This document shows positions 43,782 to 53,919 of a DNA stretch of 64,000 bases, piece after piece. The notes beneath the pieces were generated by a model that worked only from the letters and a program-made list of their open reading frames with translations, was not told where the DNA came from and made no database searches. This DNA comes from an uncultured Methanolobus sp. (GTDB taxonomy: Archaea > Halobacteriota > Methanosarcinia > Methanosarcinales > Methanosarcinaceae), in the NCBI GenBank assembly GCA_963675495.1, contig OY776215.1, positions 96,001 to 160,000 of the forward strand, in the 5' to 3' direction. Numbering within the stretch: the first letter of the stretch is position 1; each line of letters begins with the position of its first letter. Position numbers and translations under genes: made by a program.

Positions 43782-44587
43782 TATTGCTTTTCTGATCGAG
43801 CTTTTGATGTTACACTATTCAGCCTTGCGTTTATTATCTGGCAGACCGGTAAAAATGTAGTTATCGGATTACAAAAGTGGGAATGAGCAATAGAATAAAA
43901 AAATTAAAAATGATTTGTATTCGGATGTAAAGCAATTTATTTTATCTTTGTATGTGATATCCAATTTAATCACCTAAATCAAAACGTATATTTGTTTTTT
44001 GCAACAGAAATTGCGAATATATATCGCTTGAACGTCATTTTTCCTCAATTGTGAAAGTGATATCAAAAGTACGGTTGGACTGCAACACAAGCATTTGCTG
44101 AAATTGTAAATAGCAAAGCAAGAATTTAGAAAATCATCACAGCCTGTACAACATGTTATACATCACATTAGTATATTAAAAATATATGATTAGTGGAGAA
44201 TGAAGATTATCTCTCAGTATCCGATTTTCATATTTATCTTAAAGGATCATTGAGTATGAGTTGCATTACTATGGAGCTGGTCAGTTGTTTGGGGCATAGA
44301 GCATCTATGAGTTATGTGTATATATTTCCAGGTGAATTTTCAGGAGCAATCCTTCCCAGTTGAATCAACTCTCACTTTTATTGATACTTATTCTTTCAGT
44401 AATGACTACTCACAGCAAAAAACAGTGGAGAAGCAAATCATACATACACGCCGGTTACTGTCGATAATAAAACTGTAAGAGAATAATAATAGAGAGTACT
44501 TTTTTCAGAAAATGTAAAAAAGAGTCACGATATCGATTAGCCCACTAAATATTGTGGAGATCCAAAAAAAAGAGAAATGGTAGAGAA

Positions 44588-46051
44588 TCACTCTCTCCAT
44601 TCGTATATGTAGTTCGTTCTGTAGGTTGCTCCATTGCTGTATGTGTAAAGAATTCTGAATGAGCCTCCAAATGCGTTTTCCCACGGTGCATTTGCCTTGA
44701 ATGTACCTTCTTTGATGGTGCCTGTTGCATCCTGCCAGTCCATCTTGAAGTAAGCTCCATACGTTTCATCTTCCAGCTTGTAGTGGCTTGAGGAACCTCT
44801 ATCAATTGGCATTTCAGCCATATCTATGTCAATAGCGCTTGTATCACCAAGTCCAAGTCCGCCAGTTTCCATGAAGGTGGCTTCTTTTGTTACTTTGATT
44901 GAAATCTCTTCTTCAGCAGCATAGAAGTCCTTTGGTTCTTCAGAGATCGTTCTTACCTGTGCAGTTTCGCCTTTGTCCCCGATGTCACTGGTCCAGACAT
45001 TAGCTCTTTCGTAATCTACATCGTAGCTATAGTAGTCATGCGTGCTTACCACCTTGTCACCGTAGTCTTCAACTGTTGTAAGATACCAGCCAGGTACTGT
45101 GTCTGATGTGCTTGTACTAGATGACGATGCTACTCTGGTTCCTGTCCAGCCACCGCTCCATCCTGCACTATCAGAGCCATATCTCCAGTTTCCGGTGAAT
45201 GAATTACCATCACTGCTCAGTTTTAGTTCTGCGTCACCTGCATCGTTTGGTTCTGCGTATGAAGGACTTTCGGACCAGGTTCCTATGAATACATCACCGT
45301 TTACAACACCTTCAAGTCTTCCCTCATCATGTGTGTATTCACCGATGATCTTATCGCCTGATTGTGTGAATGTCATATCGCCCCAGTTCGAAGTCCATTC
45401 TCCTACGAAGCTGTGCGATGTGCTTTCTGCTGTGAATCCGCTTTGTGGAGTTGGTATTTCTTCTGTTGAATCTGCGTTTTCAAAATCTGCTTGCTGGCTG
45501 CCTATCGTTGTACCGTCCAGCAGGTCCAGTGGTATTGAGACTGTTGCTCCGTCTATTATCTCAAATTCTACGGATTCTTCAACTCCTGCTCCACTTATTA
45601 TTACTTTGTAGTCTCCAAGTGGCCAGCCTTCATCTGGTTTTTCAAGAATGAATGTTCCACGTCCAAAGTCTTCACCTGTTTCAGATTCGAAAGTGTGGAT
45701 CGAGTAATCTGTGTCAAGGTATATCCATTCTATACTTATTATGTCGTTCTCGAAGTTATCGTAAATGAACCATGCGTACAATTCTTCTGAATCCTTTGAA
45801 TATTTCAGTACTTTATCGACTGGTATGAAGTTTTGTGTTGCTGATGTCATCATCACTTCAAGAAGTCGTGGTTCGCCTGTGGCTGTCATGTCACCATATT
45901 TATCCGTTACTGCCTCTACGATCTGCTGTTCTTCTTCGGTTGCTCCGAAGCTTCCAGGTTTATATGAGTCACTTATATCCGTACATCCTGAAAATGCTAT
46001 TATGCCTATCAAGAGTAATGCTACTACTATTTTTGATTTCATTTTTACCAT
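44588..46051 (-). CDS. Secreted/lipoprotein hypothetical multidomain beta protein
   Basis: Lipobox FSGC; acidic; Ser/Thr linkers; beta-barrel-like GEWTSNWG to FTGNW segment. Confidence 0.8.
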   Translation of the reverse strand: MVKMKSKIVVALLLIGIIAFSGCTDISDSYKPGSFGATEEEQQIVEAVTDKYGDMTATGEPRLLEVMMTSATQNFIPVDKVLKYSKDSEELYAWFIYDNFENDIISIEWIYLDTDYSIHTFESETGEDFGRGTFILEKPDEGWPLGDYKVIISGAGVEESVEFEIIDGATVSIPLDLLDGTTIGSQQADFENADSTEEIPTPQSGFTAESTSHSFVGEWTSNWGDMTFTQSGDKIIGEYTHDEGRLEGVVNGDVFIGTWSESPSYAEPNDAGDAELKLSSDGNSFTGNWRYGSDSAGWSGGWTGTRVASSSSTSTSDTVPGWYLTTVEDYGDKVVSTHDYYSYDVDYERANVWTSDIGDKGETAQVRTISEEPKDFYAAEEEISIKVTKEATFMETGGLGLGDTSAIDIDMAEMPIDRGSSSHYKLEDETYGAYFKMDWQDATGTIKEGTFKANAPWENAFGGSFRILYTYSNGATYRTNYIYEWRE

Positions 46052-46175
46052 CCAACCATTTTATTTGGTAATTTATTGTCCATTTTATGTTACACTATTT
46101 ATTTATTAACTTTTTGATTTTAATCCGGTAAATGGATTACACGTAATTTAGTAGCATAAGAAATACCGATTTTAT

Positions 46176-46365
46176 GCCTCTGTAGAAATCCTTATTTTAA
46201 CAAAAAATAACCTTGAGATAACCATAAGCTTTTCCCCTCTCCCCCAAACCCCCTCACCCCTTTTTTTTATTACAGGAGTCCCAATAGTAAATGTTTTCTC
46301 ATCCTCATTTCATTTAGTGTAAAACTACACTTAGAAAACCCACTAGCTTTCTTTCTTACCTGAAC
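46176..46365 (+). mobile_element. MITE-like repeat copy C (left end intact, right end unclear)
   Basis: GCCTCTGTAGAAATCC, C-tract core, CTAG/TTAGAAAACCCA and TTACCTGAA shared with copy A. Confidence 0.75.
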
Positions 46366-46471
46366 TTTTGAAAATTCCGATGTTTTCGTCCTTGCCCGGT
46401 AAATTTCTTCGAGAAATCCTATGTATTAAGCAATATTTTAGTGATTACTTTTCAATTCATTGCAATCATTT

Positions 46472-48628
46472 CTACTTCACCATTTCAAGAGAGACTCTCT
46501 TTAAGGCAACATCAACATCCAAAACCTTGACAACTACAGTATCGCCAACAGAAACTATATCGTTGGGATCTTTTACAAAGCTGTCATTCAATTTTGAAAT
46601 ATGGATAAGTCCGTCCTGATGAACACCTATATCGACAAAAGCACCGAAATTCGTCACATTGGTTATATTACCTTCAAGTATCATATCCTCTGCCAAATCC
46701 TCCAGATGGTTGATCTCTGAAGAAAATTCCACGCTTTTAAACTCTTTTCTAGGATCAATACCCGGCTTCTTCAATTCATTCAGTATATCTGTCAACGTAG
46801 GAATTCCGAAATCTTTTGTTACATATTTATCAATATCTATCAATGATATTAATTTCTCATTCCCAATTATCTGATCGAGACTGACTTTTCTGTCGGCAGC
46901 CATTTTTTCGACAATATGGTACGTCTCAGGATGGATCGCAGAATTATCAAGTGGGTTAGAACTAGCCCGTATTCTCAAAAAACCGGCACATTGCTCAAAT
47001 GTTCTTGGGCCCAGTCTGGACACCTTATTAAGCTCCTTTCTGCTCTTAAAAGAGCCGTGTTCAGTTCTGTATAGTACGATATTCTCAGCAATTGCTCTTT
47101 TGATACCTGATGCATATGACAACAATTCAACTGAGGCAGTATTGAGCTCGACCCCCACATAGTTAACGCAGGATTCAACTGTCATATCAAGGAATCTCTT
47201 TAATTCTTTCTGGTCAATATCATGCTGATACTGGCCCACACCTATTGATTTAGGATCAATTTTTACCAATTCCGCAAGCGGATCCTGTAGTCTTCTGGCA
47301 ATACTGATAGCACCCCTGACTGTTACGTCCATATCAGGGAATTCTCGAATGGCATTTTCAGATGCAGAATAAACCGACGCTCCTGCCTCACTGACCACAA
47401 CTGACCTTACGTTGAGCTTGTGCCTGTTTATAATATCCCTGACAAAAATATCGGTTTCCTTAGAAGCAGTACCATTTCCAATTGAGATAAGCTCGACTTC
47501 ATATTGCTCAATTAGATTCTGGAGAATTCTGGATGCTTCATCCTCTCTTTTTTGAGGCTCATGTGGATAGATTACATTAAATTTCTTAAAATCGCCTTTT
47601 TTGTCGATTACAACAACCTTACATCCTGACCGGTAACCGGGGTCTATACCCATTATTATTCTACCGCCGGCAGGAGGCGATAGAAGCAGATTTTTGAGGT
47701 TCCTTGAAAACACCTTTATGGCTTCTTTTTCAGCATCCTCCATCTTGAGGTTGAATACTTCTTTTTCAATGGAAGGGAATATCAGTCTTTTAAAACTATC
47801 TTTTACTGAATCCTTGATTTCCGCGGTGAATAAAAAGTCACTTCTTTTAACAATATCTGACTCGATCAGCCCTATTATGCGCTCTTCATCAACTTCAATC
47901 TTCCAGGTGAGTACACCCTCTGCTGATCCACGTCGAATCGCAAGCATCCTGTGAGATGGTGATTTTCGTATTAATTCAGAAAAATCATAATAATTCTGGA
48001 ACTTTGATTTTTTTTCGATCCAGTCTTTCTTTGCTTTTGAGGAGATAAAACCCCTTTTCTGAATAATATTTCTTACCAATCCTCGCGTGGACTCGTTGTT
48101 TGATATCAGTTCAGCAATAATGTCCAAAGCGCCGGTTAGGGCATCTTCGTATGTCTGTACTCCTTTTTTTGGATCAATATATTTTGAGACGATTGATTTT
48201 TTTGTTCCCTTTATATTTTGCTGAAGGTATATCAGATCAGCAAGCGGCCCAAGACCCTTTTCTTTTGCAATGGTAGCCCGTGTCATTTTTCTGGGCTTGA
48301 AAGGGAGATACATGTCCTCAAGCATGTTTTTATCGGTACAACCAAGTATCTTCTGCTTAAGTTCAAGGGTTAGCTTATCCTGGCCTTCAATTGTCTTTAA
48401 AATGATTTCTTTTCTTTTTTCGAGCTCTTTATAATATTCATATTTTTCAGATATGGAGCGGATATCAGTCTCATCCAGACCCTGGGTTTTTTCTTTTCGG
48501 TACCTTGCAATAAAAGGGATGGTTGCCCCATCTTCTAAAAGTTCAATTGTATATTTAATTGAAAGGCCATTTAATCCAAGATCTTTTGCAATATTACTTA
48601 TAATAAATTGTGAACTCATCCGGCACAT
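46472..48628 (-). CDS. tex: Tex family RNA-binding transcriptional accessory protein
   Basis: GATIPFIARYRKE, GIDPGYRSGCK, SEAGASVYSAS, SIARRLQDPL, C-terminal S1 domain. Confidence 0.95.
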   Translation of the reverse strand: MCRMSSQFIISNIAKDLGLNGLSIKYTIELLEDGATIPFIARYRKEKTQGLDETDIRSISEKYEYYKELEKRKEIILKTIEGQDKLTLELKQKILGCTDKNMLEDMYLPFKPRKMTRATIAKEKGLGPLADLIYLQQNIKGTKKSIVSKYIDPKKGVQTYEDALTGALDIIAELISNNESTRGLVRNIIQKRGFISSKAKKDWIEKKSKFQNYYDFSELIRKSPSHRMLAIRRGSAEGVLTWKIEVDEERIIGLIESDIVKRSDFLFTAEIKDSVKDSFKRLIFPSIEKEVFNLKMEDAEKEAIKVFSRNLKNLLLSPPAGGRIIMGIDPGYRSGCKVVVIDKKGDFKKFNVIYPHEPQKREDEASRILQNLIEQYEVELISIGNGTASKETDIFVRDIINRHKLNVRSVVVSEAGASVYSASENAIREFPDMDVTVRGAISIARRLQDPLAELVKIDPKSIGVGQYQHDIDQKELKRFLDMTVESCVNYVGVELNTASVELLSYASGIKRAIAENIVLYRTEHGSFKSRKELNKVSRLGPRTFEQCAGFLRIRASSNPLDNSAIHPETYHIVEKMAADRKVSLDQIIGNEKLISLIDIDKYVTKDFGIPTLTDILNELKKPGIDPRKEFKSVEFSSEINHLEDLAEDMILEGNITNVTNFGAFVDIGVHQDGLIHISKLNDSFVKDPNDIVSVGDTVVVKVLDVDVALKRVSLEMVK

Positions 48629-48799
48629 CCTGTATTAATAAATAGTATTTTTGTAAAAATACTCTACGTTTTCTAATTCTTCAATTGTTGATGTACTTGC
48701 ATCCATTGCATTACCTATTTTTATAGATTGGTATTTTCCATAGATGTCTGGGGAATGATTCGCATATATGTACAGCCCACCACAAAAAACAGGCACAAT

Positions 48800-48947
48800 T
48801 TGAACAAAAAAAACAACCTTGAAATCTTCTCAATAGGATTTTCCCCTCTCCCCCAAACCCTCTCACCCCTTTTTTTTTATTTACAGGAGCACCCATAGTA
48901 AACGTTTTCTCATCTCTCGTCGAAATATCGAAGATTTCTACAGAGCC
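48800..48947 (+). mobile_element. MITE-like repeat copy D (right end intact)
   Basis: AACCTTGAAAT, C-tract core, GATTTCTACAGAGCC. Confidence 0.75.
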
Positions 48948-48999
48948 TGAATATAATTGAAACTCAACCTCTACTATTTGTATTGCTTATGGGTAACAG

Positions 49000-49169
49000 G
49001 CTTCTGAACTCATTTTTTTGCATTAGACTATTTGAGGAAGATGCTGGATTCAGAAGGGTTTGAGAACATCGAATGTTTTGATGATGTGCTGCCGGATATT
49101 GATATGTGGAATGGGAGAATGTGTTGTTTTGTAAAGCTAGGAAGGTTATTGGGGAAATGGATGCCTGAG
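49000..49169 (+). pseudogene. Degenerate copy of the 3' end of the SAM methyltransferase at 53493-53662
   Basis: Shared TTTGAGGAAGATGCTGGA, ACATCGAATGTTTTGATGATGT, ATTGATATGTGGAA, GAATGTGTTGTTTTGTA. Confidence 0.85.
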
Positions 49170-49356
49170 TGTGTCTGTTTCTTGTTTTTTCAGACTAAAT
49201 AAGGATCACTGGCTATGAAACAGACAATAATCATGATTTCTCTGACATTCATGGAAGCAAACAAGGCATACCGATCCCTATATTATAATATGTATAGATT
49301 ATATCTACGTTAAATTTTTAACAGAATATATATATCATTACTTTGATAGGCAATAT

Positions 49357-50655
49357 ATGCTTAAAATTAAGACTGTTCTATTAATTATAATTACCACGTT
49401 TGTTTTGATTAGTGCAGGCTGCATAGAAGATTCTGTTTCAGATATCAAGAGTGCAATAAGTACAGATTCAACTGTGGATATCACTACAACATTAAATGCA
49501 AACTCTGCTGAAAATTATGAGATGGCAGCAGCAAACAATGCTTTTGCTTTTGATATGTATGGCAACCTGAAGAATAACAGTGAAAATGTTTTCTTTTCCC
49601 CTTACAGCATATTCACTGCAATGGCAATGTGTTATGATGGTGCTGAAGGTTCTACAAAAGAACAGATGGCAAATGTATTCTATTTTCCTCTCAACAAGAA
49701 TGTTTTAGAAATGAGTTTTGGTGAAATGATCGCTACGACTAATTCAAAATCAGATTACTATGGACTTGAAAGCTATGAACTTGAGACTGCAAATGCATTG
49801 TGGATAAACGAATTTTATCCAATAAAGGAACAATACATTTCCAGTGTTGAAGATCATTTTTATGGGAATGCAAGGAGTATGGACTTTGCCGGTAATCCTG
49901 GAGGTTCAAAGGATACTATCAATAAATGGGTAGAAGAAAAAACGAATGATAAAATAAGTAATATCATTCCAGATGGTATGATCAATAAAAATACCCGATT
50001 AATAATCACAAACGCAGTTTACTTCAATGGAAAATGGAAATACGAATTTGATGAAGACTACACATCTGAAAGAGAATTTTATCCCTCTGAGGATGAGACG
50101 ATCCTTGCTGAAACAATGTTTATACAAAAACATTTTAATTATGGTGAAAGGTCAGGTGCAAAGATATTGGAATTACCATACAAAGGCAACGATCTTACCA
50201 TGTATGTTGTTCTTCCAGATAATAATGATATCAAAAATTTTGAGGCTGATTTCTCAGTCAGGGAATATGAGAAACTTAAATCCAAGATAGATTCAGAATA
50301 TGATGTCAAGGTATGGATACCCAAATTCAAGTTTGAGACCAAGACTGAATTATCTAACTCACTTCAGGAAATGGGAGTCACAGACGCTTTTGGTCCTGCA
50401 AACTTCTCTGGTATTTCGGATAAGGATCTGGTAATATCCGAGGTAATCCATAAGGCTTTTGTGGATGTCCAGGAACAAGGAACTGAAGCAGCAGCAGCAA
50501 CAGCCGTTGAATTTGAAATAGACGATGCAATGGGACCCGAACCTGAACAAAAAATAAGGGAATTCAAAGCTGACCATCCATTCATTTTCTTCATTGAGGA
50601 TAAGAGAACAAATTGTATACTTTTCATGGGAAAGATTGAATATCCTGAATATTAG
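49357..50655 (+). CDS. Serpin family lipoprotein
   Basis: Lipobox SAGC; NVFFSPYSI, NAVYFNGKW, hinge EQGTEAAAAT, FKADHPFIF. Confidence 0.95.
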   Translation: MLKIKTVLLIIITTFVLISAGCIEDSVSDIKSAISTDSTVDITTTLNANSAENYEMAAANNAFAFDMYGNLKNNSENVFFSPYSIFTAMAMCYDGAEGSTKEQMANVFYFPLNKNVLEMSFGEMIATTNSKSDYYGLESYELETANALWINEFYPIKEQYISSVEDHFYGNARSMDFAGNPGGSKDTINKWVEEKTNDKISNIIPDGMINKNTRLIITNAVYFNGKWKYEFDEDYTSEREFYPSEDETILAETMFIQKHFNYGERSGAKILELPYKGNDLTMYVVLPDNNDIKNFEADFSVREYEKLKSKIDSEYDVKVWIPKFKFETKTELSNSLQEMGVTDAFGPANFSGISDKDLVISEVIHKAFVDVQEQGTEAAAATAVEFEIDDAMGPEPEQKIREFKADHPFIFFIEDKRTNCILFMGKIEYPEY

Positions 50656-50715
50656 GAAATGTCATTATGATATTTTCAATTTTATGATTGCATATAAATT
50701 TAGACAGAGGTAAGC

Positions 50716-52599
50716 ATGGGTTTAAGCAATATGAATTTAAAAAAAGTTAGAATGCTAATAATTCTGATTCTTTCTATAATGCTTTTTGCTTCGACGATTA
50801 TTGTCGCATCGGCAGCTACAACTTATGAGTTTCAGGACCCTGAGGGGAAATATATTTTCAAGCTTACTTTTCCCGATGGGGATATAGTAGGATATGATCC
50901 TGTCTGTCATGTTGAAAATTGGGGTGATTATGTCAAATTATCTGTTGATCAGACAGGGGAAAATCAGGAGGATGGAGTTAATGCCAAAATTGAAGTTGAA
51001 GGAGTAGATGCTAAAGAATGGCAACTCATCAAGCGAAGTGCTCCGATAAAGCGATATTATGATTCAAATAACGAGTTTACTTTACCCTATAGTTCAGGTT
51101 GTGAGGAGCTTCATCACTGCGGAGTACATGCACTTTACTCTGTGCAGGTAGCGAGTAAAGCATCCAATGGTCCTGCAGTTTTCCGTTTTACCTTAGTGGC
51201 TTCAGAGGATGAAACGGATGATTTCTTTATTGTTCCGGCATATGAAGAGATAAAATGCGGTGAAACGATTGATTTCACCCTGAAAAAAGAAAGGAATGGC
51301 ATCTATTCAGATGTAGATGACAGTGATGTCGAATGGATTATTAGACAATCCAGATCGCTTAGTGATTTTAGAATGAACGTAATTATAGGAACAATTGATA
51401 ATGCAGGTATTTTAAAATCAGATGCTGGTGTTTTCACTTCTCAGGATCTCGGTAGCTGCACTGTTTTTGCCAGAATGGATGGGGAGATCAAAGCCTATGC
51501 TGAAGTAGATGTAAAATGTCCCTGTGAAGATGAAGGAGATCTTGATGAAGTAATTCGCCTCTATAAGCTCCGTATTTCAGAAGGTCCGTATCAAAAAGAC
51601 CTGATAGACGGAAAAGAATGGACTACTCTTGGTCTTGGTCCTGGCAGAGTAACAAACATGTATTCTATCATCGATAGTGACTACGGAGATTTTGTCTGTG
51701 GAGCATATCAGTACAAAGTTTTGGTGTTTCTGAGCAATATGAGGTCCACACCAGAAGAATGCCATCTTTTGAACGGATATGATTTCGGACCGATAGAAGG
51801 CTCATTCAGTGGACACCATGCGGTGGTGGTTTACCCAAGAGGTACTGACTGGAAGAAGACCGGAACGGTATTTGATCCATGGCCTCAACAGAAACCGGAG
51901 GTAATGTCCATTGGTGACTGGGAAAACACCTTCTGGACTATTGCAGGTGATACATCTCCTGCCTATAGGAATGAATATAACACCACCAAAAATCCGGATG
52001 ATTACGACTATGCTTATTGGAATAGAGCTTGGAATGCTTTTAGTGTTGCTGGAGAATTTGCCCAGAGAACAGGTGCATTGGTGGGCTTTGGACAATGTCC
52101 GGTAAACATTCTGATCACTGACAGTAGTGGCCGTCAGATGGGTGCTGTTGGCGATGATGATATGGTATTTGATATCCCAGGTGCTTTCATTACAAGAATG
52201 TCTGATGAAGAAGGAGGATATCTATGGTATTTTACTCTCCCGGCAACAGATGAATATGATGTTGATATAACAGCATTTGATGACGGCGAGTTTGACTTCT
52301 TTGTTTTGAACAGCAATACAGAACAGTTACAACTGTATGGTGAACATCCAATTCAAAAAGGTGAGACCGCAGAAGTTGAACTGAGCTCAGATGACCCAAC
52401 AACGCCAATGACATTGCCTGATAACTCAGAAGTAATTCCAATTCTGGAAGAAATTGTCGTTCCTGAAATATCCGATAAATCTAATAGCCCTGATAACCCA
52501 AATAATCCTTCAGTGGTCAAAGATAAAGGGCTTCCGGGTTTTGAACTCTGGATAGCGACTTTTATGATTTTTCTGGTGATGCTGGTAAGAAGACCATAA
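50716..52599 (+). CDS. PGF-CTERM surface protein with possible papain/transglutaminase-like domain
   Basis: Signal peptide; C-terminal LPGF, TM, RR; internal VCGAY, GHHAVVV, VFDPW. Confidence 0.8.
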   Translation: MGLSNMNLKKVRMLIILILSIMLFASTIIVASAATTYEFQDPEGKYIFKLTFPDGDIVGYDPVCHVENWGDYVKLSVDQTGENQEDGVNAKIEVEGVDAKEWQLIKRSAPIKRYYDSNNEFTLPYSSGCEELHHCGVHALYSVQVASKASNGPAVFRFTLVASEDETDDFFIVPAYEEIKCGETIDFTLKKERNGIYSDVDDSDVEWIIRQSRSLSDFRMNVIIGTIDNAGILKSDAGVFTSQDLGSCTVFARMDGEIKAYAEVDVKCPCEDEGDLDEVIRLYKLRISEGPYQKDLIDGKEWTTLGLGPGRVTNMYSIIDSDYGDFVCGAYQYKVLVFLSNMRSTPEECHLLNGYDFGPIEGSFSGHHAVVVYPRGTDWKKTGTVFDPWPQQKPEVMSIGDWENTFWTIAGDTSPAYRNEYNTTKNPDDYDYAYWNRAWNAFSVAGEFAQRTGALVGFGQCPVNILITDSSGRQMGAVGDDDMVFDIPGAFITRMSDEEGGYLWYFTLPATDEYDVDITAFDDGEFDFFVLNSNTEQLQLYGEHPIQKGETAEVELSSDDPTTPMTLPDNSEVIPILEEIVVPEISDKSNSPDNPNNPSVVKDKGLPGFELWIATFMIFLVMLVRRP

Positions 52600-52805
52600 G
52601 CAAAAATGCAGGAAGTGGCATTTTATCGGACCACTTTCTTTTTATCCAGAAAATAATATTCTGTCCTGTACACCACAAATATTATAGTATTCACTGACCT
52701 ATTCATTCTGATGAACAACAACTAAGCATCCTGTTCTATTGAAGTTGTCAGCGGTTAATCGAAGATTTAGAGTCCCGGGACTTATCCCTAAAGGAGGGCT
52801 CACTT

Positions 52806-53653
52806 ATGAATTTAACAGATATTATTGAATTTACACAGAAGCCACAGCTATACGTTGAAGGAAATGCAGTTATGTGGACAGATGCCCACATTTCAGAACA
52901 GTTGTTGAACATCCATCTTAACCCGGATATCGATCTGGCAAGCCGGAGAAAATCAAGTATTGAGAGTACGGTTGACTGGATTCTCAATTCGGTGAAAAAA
53001 AAACAGATGACCATACTAGACCTCGGATGCGGCCCGGCCTGTATTGTGAGATGATGGCTGAAAAAGGTCATAGGATCACAGGCATAGATTTCTCAAAGAA
53101 TTCCATCGAGTATGCCAGAAAGGAAGCCACAAAGAAAAATCTGGACATTGAGTATGTGAACCAGAACTACCTCGAACTCAACGAGGAGAACAGGTGTGAC
53201 CTTGTGATAATGGTCTTCACCGATTTCGGTGTCCTGAAGCCACATGAAAGAGATATACTCATCAGGAACGTCCAGAGGGCTTTAAAGCCGGGGGGAAACT
53301 TTATCTTTGATGTCCTGAGCGACAGAAATCTTGACAAGAAAGTTTCGGACAAGACATGGGAGATGGAAGAGAGCGGTTTCTGGAAGGACAGTCCATATCT
53401 GTTACTCTCAGATTCTTTCCTGTATTCAGATGAGAAGCTAATACTGTATCAAAATATAGTGATGGATGAATCCGGTATTTTCGATGTCTATCGCTTCTGG
53501 ACTCATTTCTTTGTGTTTGAGGATTTGAGGAAGATGCTGGAACCAGAAGGCTTTGAGGACATCGAATGTTTTGATGATGTATTGCCGGAGATTGATATGT
53601 GGAACGGGGGGAATGTGTTGTTTTGTAGGGCGAGGAAGGTTGTTGGGAGATGA
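52806..53653 (+). pseudogene. Class I SAM-dependent methyltransferase split by a 1-nt frameshift in motif I
   Basis: ILDLGCGP in the first ORF continues as GLYCE, GIDFS, LKPGG in the second; GGCCCGGCCTG lacks one G. Confidence 0.85.
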
Positions 53654-53715
53654 ATGCTCGAGGGCATCTATTTATCATTTCTTTTAGAACAAACAACTTC
53701 TGAAAATTCCAAATG

Positions 53716-53919
53716 TCACAGTTTGTTTTCTTTGATTTTCAAGAGATAAGTCCTGGCTCCGTTAGAAACAGCTTGCTCCCGGATGATAAGTTCATCATCC
53801 AAAAGCTTCGATACAACTCGGGAGCATTTACGACTGTCTATATCAAGCAGTTTTCATAGTTCATTCTGGAAAATACCTTCTTTACTATCTCGAATAATAT
53901 TAAATGCGTCTTCCTTGAT
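53716..53919 (-). repeat. Inverted diverged copy of the 5' part of the TFE-beta-like gene (~30614-30805)
   Basis: Identical runs such as TCCCGAGTTGTATCGAAGCTTTTGGATGATGAA and CCGGGAGCAAGCTGTTTCTAACGGAGCCAGGACTTA. Confidence 0.92.

Noticed and set aside
43782-44587. Hidden gene in the ~800-nt AT-rich gap
   Set aside because: Only short interrupted frames with no recognisable family; possibly decayed DNA
53854-53856. Selenocysteine or recoding at the in-frame TGA
   Set aside because: It aligns to TGG (Trp) in the host paralog, not Cys, and Methanosarcinales are not known to use Sec; a point mutation or read error is simpler
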